This document shows, piece after piece, positions 10,967-20,596 of a stretch of 64,000 bases of DNA (position 1 is the stretch's first letter; every line of letters starts with the position of its first letter). The stretch covers positions 68,494-132,493 of the forward strand of contig CAYNQR010000001.1 in assembly GCA_964399425.1 (NCBI GenBank). Reading direction: 5' to 3'. The notes below the pieces were generated by a model that saw only the letters and a program-made list of their open reading frames with translations, did no database searches and had not been told where the DNA came from. Origin of the DNA: an uncultured Dehalococcoidales bacterium. Its GTDB lineage: Bacteria; Chloroflexota; Dehalococcoidia; Dehalococcoidales; UBA5627. The position numbers and the translations under genes were made by a program.

Positions 10967-11434
10967 TTATTTTAACTGGGTCGAAAGGAATATCTGCGCT
11001 CCCAGTTGATTGATACCATCCTGAACTTCTTCGATATTGTCTATATGACGGTCTTCGTCCTGCAAAATAGACTGCAAAAGTTCACGCGTGGCATAATCCA
11101 TAGCTTCGGCACATATTACAATCGCCTCATTATATGCTTTTATGGCATCCTCTTCAGCTTTATGGTCATTGGAGAACATTTTGGGAACGTCAGAACCGAT
11201 ATAGATACCCTTCAAATTATTGACGACGGGAACTCCTTCAAGGAAAAGAATGCGTCCGATGAGCTTTTCGGCATGTTTCATTTCTTCGATAGCGCGTTTC
11301 TGAATTACGCCACCCAGCTTGTCATAGCCCCAATTTTCGCACATCTCGGCATGCACCATATATTGATTAACCGCTGTTAGTTCATCCGCCAACAATGAGT
11401 TTAAAACCGTAATCACTTTTGTCGAACCTTTCAT
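10967..11434 (-). CDS. bfr: bacterioferritin
   Basis: 155 aa ferritin-like four-helix protein with 'LNSLLADELTAVNQYMVHAEM...EEMKHAEKLI...DEDRHID'. Confidence 0.9.
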   Translation of the reverse strand: MKGSTKVITVLNSLLADELTAVNQYMVHAEMCENWGYDKLGGVIQKRAIEEMKHAEKLIGRILFLEGVPVVNNLKGIYIGSDVPKMFSNDHKAEEDAIKAYNEAIVICAEAMDYATRELLQSILQDEDRHIDNIEEVQDGINQLGAQIFLSTQLK

Positions 11435-11785
11435 TGCTGCTTAGTCCTCCCTTTAACAAAATTAAACCGACAACCGTGCCTGTGCTTTTCTGTTCCGACT
11501 AATATTATACTATATTTCAAACTGTTTTATGACGCATTTTAACAGATTATTTATACACAAGATGATAAATGCAGGAATTTTTGCCCCTTCAGCCGTAATT
11601 TACACCCAGATAGCAATACTAATTTAACGTTGATATATATTGCTGATATTTTTAGAGAAAGCATCGAAAATATCGTCGCACATCAGCCACAAAGAAAATC
11701 CTTTTTCCACCATCCAAAAAAAAGGTGCTTCAATATGCGGATTTCTATTTCAATTCACTTGTAAACTGTATTTTCAGGCGGTAGA

Positions 11786-12556
11786 TTACATCCCCATAAT
11801 GCTGTAGCCGCAATCTACATAAATAACCTGCCCCGTAATACCGGATGAACCATCGCAAGCCAGAAATACCGCCGTCTCGCCGATTTCCTCCGGCAGAACA
11901 TTCCTTTTTAAGGGGGAGTGATTCTCGCAGTGGTCAAGCATTGTATGGAAATCGTTAATGCCGCGGGCGGCAAGCGTATTAACAGGTCCTGCACTGATGC
12001 AATTAACACGTATTTTTTTTGTTCCGAGGTCGTAAGCCAGATACCTGGTCGAGGCTTCAAGCGCTGCTTTGGCAACTCCCATCACGTTATAATGCGGGAA
12101 AACCTTTTCCGAACCATAGTAACTCATGGCTATGATACTGCCGCCGTTTTTCATCAGCGGGGCAGCGGCCTGCGCCAGCGCTGTCAGTGAATACGCGCTT
12201 ATTTCAAGAGCAGTATTAAAACTCTCCCTGCTCGTACTTATAAATTCCCCGTCAAGCGCTTCACGGGGCGCATAAGCAACCGAATGAAGCACCATATCGC
12301 ATCTACCGAAGTGCTCCTCAATATACTGAAATACCGAAGCGATTTCATCATCTTTGGTAACATCGCATTGCAGGATAACTGAGCCGGAATCCAACGTCTC
12401 GACCAATTCCTGGATATTCTTTTTAAATCGCTCCCCCTGATAGGTAAAAACCAGGGTTGCACTTTCTCTATGCCATGCTTTGGCTATCGCCCATGCAATG
12501 GAGTATTTGTTGGCAACTCCGAATACCAGCCCTATCTTACCTTCCAATTGCGGCAT
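11786..12556 (-). CDS. fabI: enoyl-ACP reductase (NADH), FabI type
   Basis: SDR fold with 'GVANKYSIAWAIA' and the Tyr/Lys region 'MSYYGSEKVFPHYNVMGVAKAALE'. The start is set at the ATG with GGGGGA 4 nt upstream; the track start is a TTG 4 codons earlier. Confidence 0.9.
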   Translation of the reverse strand: MPQLEGKIGLVFGVANKYSIAWAIAKAWHRESATLVFTYQGERFKKNIQELVETLDSGSVILQCDVTKDDEIASVFQYIEEHFGRCDMVLHSVAYAPREALDGEFISTSRESFNTALEISAYSLTALAQAAAPLMKNGGSIIAMSYYGSEKVFPHYNVMGVAKAALEASTRYLAYDLGTKKIRVNCISAGPVNTLAARGINDFHTMLDHCENHSPLKRNVLPEEIGETAVFLACDGSSGITGQVIYVDCGYSIMGM

Positions 12557-12780
12557 ATGTTCCCCCAAATTATTGTGTGTTTAACGATGTCTTATGTGAA
12601 TATTTAATAAAACGGTAACTTCTATAGTTTTTTTGCGAACTTATAATTGAAAACAAAAAAGAACAGGAAAGAATAAAATGTTCCATCTTCGATTATTTTA
12701 CAAATAATATAATATGCGCTTATACATTGTAAAGTATAGCTGTAAAATACATACGCAATATCGCCTGATTTCAGAAGGAT

Positions 12781-12809
12781 TTGTGATGTAGCGATTCAAA
12801 CTGTATAAT
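12781..12809 (+). promoter_or_regulatory. sigma70-like promoter for the FabK-like gene
   Basis: TTGTGA, 17 nt, TATAAT. It would give a ~150 nt leader. Confidence 0.45.
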
Positions 12810-12968
12810 ATTCTGTCAGGTGATTGAAACTGGCAAGCCGTATTTATTTTTCAATCGATTTATAAGGCCTGATATTTTTAACACAACTCCAGTATCCTTC
12901 CTTTAAACCGGTATACGACAAAATAAACGCTTAAATACAGTTGTATTATACTTACGGAGGTATAATTT

Positions 12969-14084
12969 ATGAGCCTCGGGTTAAAAATGCCGAAACTGCA
13001 AATCGGCGACTTAACAGCTAATATTCCCATTGTTCAAGGTGGAATGGGTATTGGTATTTCAATGTCGAATCTTGCCGCCGCCGTTGCCAATGAAGGCGGC
13101 ATCGGTGTTATCTCCGCCAGCGGAGTCGGCTTATACGAAACCGATTTTAACAGTAATTTCACAGAAGCCAATAGGCGCGCTCTAAGAAATGAGATTAAAA
13201 AAGCCAGGCAAATGACAAAAGGTGTTATCGGCCTCAATATAATGGTTGCCTTTAAAGACTATCTCGACCTTATTAAAACTGCCGTCGAGGAATTCGTGGA
13301 TGTCATATTTATCGGCGCGGGACTTCCCTTAAACATCCCCGATTCCTTAATTCCCGGAAAACAGGATAATATTAAAACAAAAATCGCGCCTATCGTATCT
13401 TCGGGCAAGGCTGCCAACCTGATTTTCCGCTATTGGCAAAGTCATTTTAACCGTGTACCGGACGCCGTAGTAGTTGAAGGCCCCATGGCAGGAGGACATC
13501 TCGGGTTTAAAAATGAACAGATTGACGACCCGAAATACTGTCTGGAAAACCTGGTATCCGACGTTATAAGTGAAGTAAAACCCTATGAATCATATGCAAA
13601 TGCGGCTATTCCGGTAATTGCAGCCGGAGGTATTTATACAGGAGCCGATATCCACAGGTTCATCAGTTCCGGTGCACAGGGTGTTCAAATGGCCACCAGA
13701 TTTGTGGCAACTCACGAATGCGATGCATCTAAGGATTTCAAAGATACGTATATAAAATGCAAAAAAGAAGACTTGAAGATAATCAAAAGCCCGGCAGGCT
13801 TACCGGGAAGAGCGATAAAAAACAAATTCCTCGAAGATGTGGAGCTCGGTAAAAAAGTGCCTTCAAAGTGCAGATGGCGATGCCTTACGACCTGTACTTT
13901 CCAAAACTCGCCCTATTGTATTTGCGATGCACTGGTTAATGCGCAAAAAGGAAACTTGAACGACGGATATGCCTTTGCAGGCGCCAATGCTTACCGCGTG
14001 GATTCCATCATGTCTGTAAAAGAGCTGATAGCAACTCTGGTTGAAGAATACAGACAGGCTGCAGGTAATAAACCGGCTTTATAA
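12969..14084 (+). CDS. nitronate monooxygenase-family FMN oxidoreductase (possible FabK-type enoyl-ACP reductase)
   Basis: 371 aa TIM-barrel NMO family ('PIVQGGMGIG', 'IPVIAAGGI') with a Cys-rich C-terminal insert ('KCRWRCLTTC...YCIC'). It lies in a FAS II neighbourhood. Confidence 0.8.
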   Translation: MSLGLKMPKLQIGDLTANIPIVQGGMGIGISMSNLAAAVANEGGIGVISASGVGLYETDFNSNFTEANRRALRNEIKKARQMTKGVIGLNIMVAFKDYLDLIKTAVEEFVDVIFIGAGLPLNIPDSLIPGKQDNIKTKIAPIVSSGKAANLIFRYWQSHFNRVPDAVVVEGPMAGGHLGFKNEQIDDPKYCLENLVSDVISEVKPYESYANAAIPVIAAGGIYTGADIHRFISSGAQGVQMATRFVATHECDASKDFKDTYIKCKKEDLKIIKSPAGLPGRAIKNKFLEDVELGKKVPSKCRWRCLTTCTFQNSPYCICDALVNAQKGNLNDGYAFAGANAYRVDSIMSVKELIATLVEEYRQAAGNKPAL

Positions 14085-15629
14085 CGGTATATTGCCGTGT
14101 TTTCTCGACGGGATTCTTTTGGCTTTATTTTGCAGCATTTCGAGAGCCGTAATTATTTTAATCCTGGTTTCAGCAGGGTCGATTACATCGTCGATATATC
14201 CGCGGGCGGCAGCCACATACGGGTTGCTGAATTTTTCCTTGTAATCGTTTACAAGTTTCTGCGTCGTTTCACCCGGTTTATCCGATGCCGCAATTTCTTT
14301 CCGGCAGATAATATTCACAGCTCCTTCCGCTCCCATCACCGCAATTTCCGCCGTTGGCCAGGCAATGTTAATATCGCCGCCGAGATGTTTGGAACTCATA
14401 ACTATATATGCCCCGCCGTATGCTTTTCGCGTAATAACCGTAACCTTGGGGACTGTAGCTTCGGCATATGCGAAAATTAATTTTGCGCCATGGCGGATTA
14501 TTCCGCCGTGTTCCTGAGCCTGCCCCGGCATAAATCCGGGAACATCTACAAGACTGACTATCGGAATATTGAAAGCGTCACAGAAACGAACGAATCTGGA
14601 TGCCTTGACAGAAGCGTCGATATCGATAACGCCTGCCATATAATTCGGCTGCTGGGCAATAATGCCTGCCGTTTTACCAGCGAACCTGGCAAAACCGACG
14701 ATGATATTGGGCGCAAACTGTTGATGAATCTCGATAAAATCGCCGCTGTCTATAATACTGGAAATCAGTATTTTCATATCATAGGCTTTTTTAGGGTCGT
14801 CGGGAATCAAATCCTTTAAACTGTAATCGACACGTTTGGGGTCGTCCGGGGATGCATAAACTACCGGCTTCGATTCCCAGTTCTGCGGCAGAAAACTGAA
14901 AAGATGGCGCACTTTATTAAAACAGTCATTTTCGCTGTCGCAAATAAAGTGCGCAACGCCGCTTTTACGGGCATGAACTTCAGCCCCGCCGAGTTCCTGG
15001 TGAGTCAATTCTTCGTGCGTAACCGCTTTTACCACGTCAGGGCCCGTAATATACATCTGGCTTATGCCTTTAACCGTAAAAATGAAATCGGTTATAGCAG
15101 GGCAATAAACCGCCCCTCCCGCGCTCGGGCCTACGACAATGGAAATCTGCGGCACAACACCCGAACATAATGTGTTATATAAAAGCATATCCCCCACACC
15201 GCAGAGGCTGTCTACGCCTTCCTGAATGCGCGCTCCCCCGGAATCGAAGATGGCAATTACAGGCGCTTTGTTATCCAGCGCCAGTTCCATAACCTGTCGT
15301 ACTTTTTGCCCCACCGCCTCCGAAATCGAACCGCCGAGTACGGTGAAGTCCTGGGAGTATATAAAAACAGGCCTTCCGTCGATTTTACCGCTTCCCGTAA
15401 CCACAGCATCGCCCGGACAGATATTGTCGTCAGCCACTGTATCGCACTGGCGGGGTTTGATGAAACAACCCAGTTCACAGAAACTGTCGGGGTCAAGGAG
15501 AAGATCAATACGTTGCCTTGCAGTCAATTTCCCTCTTGCCTGCTGCTGTTTATTACGTTCTATCCCGCCGCCTTCCAATGCTTTTTGTTTTAAGACGGCA
15601 AGTTTTTTTATTTTATCTTTAGTTGTCAA
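14079..15629 (-). CDS. acyl-CoA carboxylase carboxyltransferase subunit (PccB/AccD5/12S type)
   Basis: 516 aa fused N- and C-carboxyltransferase domains ('GKLTARQRIDLLLDPDSF', 'GGSISEA', 'GGAYIVMSSKHLG'). Confidence 0.9.
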   Translation of the reverse strand: MTTKDKIKKLAVLKQKALEGGGIERNKQQQARGKLTARQRIDLLLDPDSFCELGCFIKPRQCDTVADDNICPGDAVVTGSGKIDGRPVFIYSQDFTVLGGSISEAVGQKVRQVMELALDNKAPVIAIFDSGGARIQEGVDSLCGVGDMLLYNTLCSGVVPQISIVVGPSAGGAVYCPAITDFIFTVKGISQMYITGPDVVKAVTHEELTHQELGGAEVHARKSGVAHFICDSENDCFNKVRHLFSFLPQNWESKPVVYASPDDPKRVDYSLKDLIPDDPKKAYDMKILISSIIDSGDFIEIHQQFAPNIIVGFARFAGKTAGIIAQQPNYMAGVIDIDASVKASRFVRFCDAFNIPIVSLVDVPGFMPGQAQEHGGIIRHGAKLIFAYAEATVPKVTVITRKAYGGAYIVMSSKHLGGDINIAWPTAEIAVMGAEGAVNIICRKEIAASDKPGETTQKLVNDYKEKFSNPYVAAARGYIDDVIDPAETRIKIITALEMLQNKAKRIPSRKHGNIPL

Positions 15630-15695
15630 TTCATTTCTCCAAATTTATATTTGAAAGCGAGTGTGGATTGAATTCAATATCAAATTAAATCGATT

Positions 15696-16127
15696 TTATT
15701 CCCTGGCCGGTAAAACAACGACGGCAGTGCCTGTCAATGTTTTTTCCCCGCCCGGATTCTCAGCCCATATCTTCAACGATACTAGATTTTCGCCTCCGTC
15801 TGTTTGCTTATTGATTACCACCCCACCGCATGTTATGGTTTCACCGGGAATATTCATTCCCCGGTAGGTAACGGTAAACTTCTTCAATTGTCCCTTTTCG
15901 CCTATCCAATCGGTTAACATTTGACCTAAATAACAAGCGGCCAGTTGCCCGTGCACGATAACTCCCGGTAAATTATGCTCTATGGCATAATCCTTATCGT
16001 AGTGAATCGGATTATAATCGCCAGAAGCCCCGGCCCATTTTACAAGCTGCATTTTATCCGGGGTTTTAATCAACGTTGGGATATCGCTGCCCGGGATGAT
16101 ATCTTCATAATACAGTTGTTTATCCAT
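15696..16127 (-). CDS. MaoC-type (R)-specific hydratase/dehydratase, catalytic hotdog subunit
   Basis: 143 aa. Hydratase-2 motif 'SGDYNPIHYDKDYA'. Confidence 0.85.
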   Translation of the reverse strand: MDKQLYYEDIIPGSDIPTLIKTPDKMQLVKWAGASGDYNPIHYDKDYAIEHNLPGVIVHGQLAACYLGQMLTDWIGEKGQLKKFTVTYRGMNIPGETITCGGVVINKQTDGGENLVSLKIWAENPGGEKTLTGTAVVVLPARE

Positions 16128-16141
16128 AACTTATATTTTAT

Positions 16142-16576
16142 TCAGTAAATAATAGCCAGCTGCCGACATACTGATGTCAATTCGTGCCTTTGGTTTCTGC
16201 ATCTAATCTCGAAGTTGATGAACAATGTCTGCCCGGTCTTCCCTTCGCGTTCGCGGATATTGGTAATGCACATTTCTGTTGTAAGGGTATCACCGGCTAC
16301 GATGGGTAGATAGCTCTCGAGTTCCGTACTGCCGTGAAGAATGGTCAGTGAAAGCTCTTTGTTCAACTCCTGTATCATATGGTCGAAACCAAGTATGAGG
16401 GAAAAGGCGGGAGGAGCAATAAGCTGCCCGTTATCATTTCGCCACTTGGAACTGCCGTCTCCGACAGCCTGCAAAAAACGTTCTATCGTCCCGTTTTCGA
16501 CATTATAAACAATCGGGGGATACGGGATGCCGCTAAGCTTTTTTATTTCCTCAAATACTTGCGAAGAATTCGCCAT
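16142..16576 (-). CDS. hotdog-fold protein, non-catalytic MaoC/FAS1-dehydratase-like partner subunit
   Basis: 144 aa, the same size as and adjacent to the catalytic hotdog (14 nt gap). It lacks the D-x-N-P-x-H motif. Confidence 0.7.
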   Translation of the reverse strand: MANSSQVFEEIKKLSGIPYPPIVYNVENGTIERFLQAVGDGSSKWRNDNGQLIAPPAFSLILGFDHMIQELNKELSLTILHGSTELESYLPIVAGDTLTTEMCITNIREREGKTGQTLFINFEIRCRNQRHELTSVCRQLAIIY

Positions 16577-16687
16577 AAATCTATTCCCCGTAAAGTTTTT
16601 AGAGTTTAATTCAATAGTAAAGATGTTATCGACAGACTTTATTAACCGTCTGCAAAAAAGCCCCTTCTTTACATTAAAAGCACCTGA

Positions 16688-17683
16688 TTATTCCTTGTTT
16701 AATTCGCTAATCTTCCGGCAGATATTTCCTTCTGCGGTGCGTTTTGCAAGGCCGATAGCATTTTTTATTGCCTTGGCGCGCGAACGGCCGTGAGAAACTA
16801 TGACATTGCCTTTTACCCCGAGAAGACAGGCGCCCCCGTATTCGCGAAAATCCATACTTTTGACAAGAAATCCGAGACCCACATCCGCAAGCAGGGCGCG
16901 CCCGTGCAACCTGTAACTGCCGTCGTGTTCCGATTTCGACTGGCGGAGCTTAATAAAGGAATCTCCCAGCCCTTCTACTGTTTTTAGAATGATATTGCCG
17001 GTAAACCCGTCGGTAACGATAACATCCGCCATACCGGTAGCCAGGTCATTGCCTTCGATATTGCCGATAAAATTGAGACTGGATGCTTTTAGTAGAGCAT
17101 GACTCTCAAGCGTCAAACGATTGCCTTTTGTTTCTTCCTCTCCATTGCTGACCAAACCGACACGGGGGTTATCGATACCGAATAGATGTCTTGCATAGAT
17201 TTCACCCAGTTGGGCAAATTGAAGCAGGTTGAAAGGGCGGCAATCCGCATTGGCTCCGACATCCAGGAGTATCGCCGGATTCGAACGATTCAGTTCAACA
17301 AGGCTTGCCAGCGCCGGACGTTCGATATTTTCTATCCTTCCCAGAATAAAAAGCGAAGCGCACAGCACCGCACCCGTGCTCCCGGCAGATATAAAAGCAT
17401 CCCCGTCACCCTTTTTTAAATGATTGATTCCCGCCACTATAGATGACTGCGGTTTCTTTTTTACAGCTTCTACAGGGTGTTCGTGAAATTCAATCGTCTG
17501 CGGCGCATCGATAATCGTAATATTATGTTTTGTTAAGTGTTTACCGACAAGAACGTGCAGTAAGGATTTTTTTCCTACGAGTGCGATTTCTATATCGTTA
17601 AATTCTGCTGCTGCCTTTATGACGCCCTTGACTACCTCACGGGGAGCATAATCTCCTCCGGATGCATCTACCAGTATTTTCAT
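16688..17683 (-). CDS. plsX: phosphate acyltransferase
   Basis: 331 aa with '[14 protein letters not shown]' and '[10 protein letters not shown]', which are PlsX signatures. Confidence 0.92.
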   Translation of the reverse strand: MKILVDASGGDYAPREVVKGVIKAAAEFNDIEIALVGKKSLLHVLVGKHLTKHNITIIDAPQTIEFHEHPVEAVKKKPQSSIVAGINHLKKGDGDAFISAGSTGAVLCASLFILGRIENIERPALASLVELNRSNPAILLDVGANADCRPFNLLQFAQLGEIYARHLFGIDNPRVGLVSNGEEETKGNRLTLESHALLKASSLNFIGNIEGNDLATGMADVIVTDGFTGNIILKTVEGLGDSFIKLRQSKSEHDGSYRLHGRALLADVGLGFLVKSMDFREYGGACLLGVKGNVIVSHGRSRAKAIKNAIGLAKRTAEGNICRKISELNKE

Positions 17684-17901
17684 TCGTTCTCCCGATTTTC
17701 GACATTAAAATGAGCACATAAAACCGCAGTGGATAACTCATCGTTTGTTAATCGAATTTTCATCATCACGGTCGATATTTTAACTATATTCGAAAATATA
17801 TAATCAAAACCCGGAAACAGAGGATAGAAGAATATATCTCCTTCCTTTATAGAAAACCAAAGGAGATACAAATATACGGAATTCGGTTTTAATTTATAGA
17901 T

Positions 17902-18156
17902 TTAAGCTATATTTAAAGCAGCTAAATAGTCGTTAACGTCCTTAACGGTTTTTAATTTATTTGCATCTTCATCGGGTATTTTTATCTGTTTATCAGGAGT
18001 GCTGAATTCTTCCTCGAATGCCATTATCAATTCTACCAAATCGAGAGAATCCGCCCCGAGATCTGTAGTAAAACTGGCGGTCGGTACTATGCTGGACTCC
18101 TCTACTCCGAGTTTATTCAAGATTACTTTCTTAGTTCTTTCAGGAATTGTCGCCAC
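17902..18156 (-). CDS. acpP: acyl carrier protein
   Basis: 84 aa with the phosphopantetheine site '[19 protein letters not shown]'. Confidence 0.92.
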   Translation of the reverse strand: MATIPERTKKVILNKLGVEESSIVPTASFTTDLGADSLDLVELIMAFEEEFSTPDKQIKIPDEDANKLKTVKDVNDYLAALNIA

Positions 18157-18329
18157 ACTGTTCCTCCAATTTATTATTAATCAGCAAAAGACTAATGAGA
18201 AACCTTTCTTCAAAATAAAGGTTTAATTGTTCTAAATCATCTGATAATCACTATAGCCGAAATGTCGCTATCCTCAACCGACTTCATATTATGAAATAAA
18301 CCTTAAAATATTGCAAGCCGAAAGCAACT

Positions 18330-19073
18330 TCATGCCATCCGCATTCCGCCATCGACAGATAAAACCTGGCCGGTGATATACGCCGCTTCGTCCGAAGCCA
18401 GAAATGCAACGGCATTCGCAATATCATCGGGATCGCCCAGATAGCCCACAGGTATGCGGTTAATTAATTCCGTTTTTTGTTCTTCGGTTAAATGCTGCGT
18501 CATTTCAGTTACGATAAATCCGGGAGCAATTGCGTTGACCGTGATACCCCGCGGCGCCACTTCTCTGGCTATCGTCTTTGTAAAACCGAGAATACCGGCT
18601 TTGGCAGAAGCGTAGTTCGCCTGCCCTGCGTTGCCTGTCAGCCCGACTACGCTCGAAATGCTTATTATTCTACCGTAACGCTGTTTTAGCATGTATTTAA
18701 TAACAGCCCGCGTGCATAAAAAAACGCTTTTCAGATTTACGTTAAGAACGCTATCCCATTCTTCGTCCGTCATTCTGAGTAAAAGCTGGTCGCGGATAAT
18801 GCCGGCGTTATTAACTAAAATATCGATTCTGCCGAATGTCTCCACCACCTTGTCTATCATGGCGTTTACTTCAAGAGAAGAGCCGACATTCGCAACACAA
18901 GCTATACTCTGTTTTCCATTTAGACGCAGCTGCTCAGCTATTGTTTCGGCATTTCCGCTGCTGTCATTGGTAACCACACTTGCCCCGGCTTCGGAAAGTT
19001 TTATGGCTATAGCCTTGCCTATTCCCCTGCTGCTGCCGGTAACCAGCGCAACCCTGTCAGCTAGATTAAACAT
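18330..19073 (-). CDS. fabG: 3-oxoacyl-ACP reductase
   Basis: 247 aa SDR with 'TGSSRGIGKAIA', 'NNAGI' and 'YASAKAG'. Confidence 0.92.
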   Translation of the reverse strand: MFNLADRVALVTGSSRGIGKAIAIKLSEAGASVVTNDSSGNAETIAEQLRLNGKQSIACVANVGSSLEVNAMIDKVVETFGRIDILVNNAGIIRDQLLLRMTDEEWDSVLNVNLKSVFLCTRAVIKYMLKQRYGRIISISSVVGLTGNAGQANYASAKAGILGFTKTIAREVAPRGITVNAIAPGFIVTEMTQHLTEEQKTELINRIPVGYLGDPDDIANAVAFLASDEAAYITGQVLSVDGGMRMA

Positions 19074-19115
19074 AATCTGATTGTTTTCTCCTTAATATAT
19101 TCTCTTGAGATACTT

Positions 19116-20060
19116 TTATACGGATGCGAAATCGAGTTTTTTTATAGATTCGATATCGCAAATATTAAGGGTTTTAATTTCTTTGTTAATTCTTTTTATC
19201 AGTCCGCAAAGCACCTTTCCGGGTCCTATTTCAATAAATGTATCCACTCCGTCATTTATCATAGATTCTACGGAATGCTGCCATCGTACGCCCTGGCACA
19301 GTTGGTTTACCAGTTCCTGCTTAATCGAACCGGAAGAAGCGGTTGCCTGAGCGCTGGTATTAGCTATAACAGGAATATCGGCATCTTTAAAATCGATTGC
19401 GCTTATATAATCCGACAATCCCCGGGAGGCTGGCGACATTAAGGGTGTATGGAAAGCGCCGCTTACCTGCAAAGGGATAACCCGCATTGCACCTTTGCTT
19501 TTAGCCATTTCCCCCGCTTTTTCAAGATTCTCAGTTTTTCCGCTGATTACCGTCTGACCCGGGCAATTATAATTGGCTATATATGTTTCAGTCAGGCTGC
19601 ATATTTCTGCAAGAGTATTTTCATCCAGCCCGATTATTGCTGTCATCGACCCCGGATTTATTTGCCCTGTCTGATACATCAATCGACCGCGTTCCCTTGC
19701 CAGGCAAATGGTTTCTGCAACTGTAAGCACACCGGCAACAGCCAGGGCGGTATATTCACCCAAACTATGTCCGGCTACACAATACGGTTTGGGGAAATTT
19801 TCCTTCCCGACATACTCTTTGGCAGCAGATAACAGGGCGATGCTTGTAGCGACAATGGCAGGTTGAACGTTTATTGTCTTTATAAGTTCATCATCCGGGC
19901 CGTTGAAACAAAGCTGCGACAGAGAGAAACCGAGCGACTCGTCGGCTTGTTCGAAGATCGCTCTTGCTGACGGAAAATCGTTAAAAACATCATGCCCCAT
20001 ACCTGTATACTGGGCTCCCTGTCCGGGGAATACAAAAGCCACTTTTTTCAATTCCGTCAT
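19116..20060 (-). CDS. fabD: malonyl-CoA:ACP transacylase
   Basis: 'FVFPGQGAQY' and the active site 'GHSLGEY'. The start is set at the ATG (MTELKK) with GGAGAGG 7 nt upstream. Confidence 0.92.
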   Translation of the reverse strand: MTELKKVAFVFPGQGAQYTGMGHDVFNDFPSARAIFEQADESLGFSLSQLCFNGPDDELIKTINVQPAIVATSIALLSAAKEYVGKENFPKPYCVAGHSLGEYTALAVAGVLTVAETICLARERGRLMYQTGQINPGSMTAIIGLDENTLAEICSLTETYIANYNCPGQTVISGKTENLEKAGEMAKSKGAMRVIPLQVSGAFHTPLMSPASRGLSDYISAIDFKDADIPVIANTSAQATASSGSIKQELVNQLCQGVRWQHSVESMINDGVDTFIEIGPGKVLCGLIKRINKEIKTLNICDIESIKKLDFASV

Positions 20061-20596
20061 TAACAAACCTCTCCGTTTAATAATCCCGATTTCAGGACTG
20101 GATAACGATATCAGAGCGGATTTGCGGCTAATCTGCTTTTCATCCGCCTCTTAAATTATTACAGGCAGCAGCCATGATTTTACATTATAAATTGAAAACA
20201 CATATTTACAGGAGAAACTGGAATGAGGGAAGCAGACAGATTAACCGGAGGAGTTTTCTCCCTTAAGTTTATAATCTTGTTATTATTAAATCTATATTGC
20301 TCTCGTTATGATATCCCGGAAACGGTTATTTATCTTATCATAATAATACGGTTTTTTAAAATCAGGCTGGAAGGATAAACCCTTACTCAATTTTACACAA
20401 AATATTTGACGTTACCTTATATACTATATTTTGAGTCGGCATAGTATTGATTTTGCAATCATTATACGATATATGCTATAAATAAGCAGTTTGTCCGGTA
20501 ACTCATGAAAGCACATTTACCATTTAACCGCACTCTCCTCCAATCATTGTGTTCAATGAAATAAAACTTCTACTATAATTTAGGAGATTATCAAAT

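Noticed and set aside
17680-17871. A 63 aa minus-strand ORF in the acpP-plsX spacer. I also looked for rpmF, which often precedes plsX.
   Set aside because: Its sequence is not L32-like, it overlaps the plsX start, and it has no SD. The spacer instead contains a hairpin (TATCTCCTT...AAGGAGATA), probably an attenuator or processing site.
20067-20596. I attempted to assign precise -35/-10 promoters in the 530 nt fabD/fabF divergent region, for example TTGACG near 20407 and TATAAT at 20573.
   Set aside because: The spacings do not fit: only 13 nt from the TTGACG to the nearest TATATT, and the TATAAT sits immediately before the fabF SD. No confident call is possible without TSS data.
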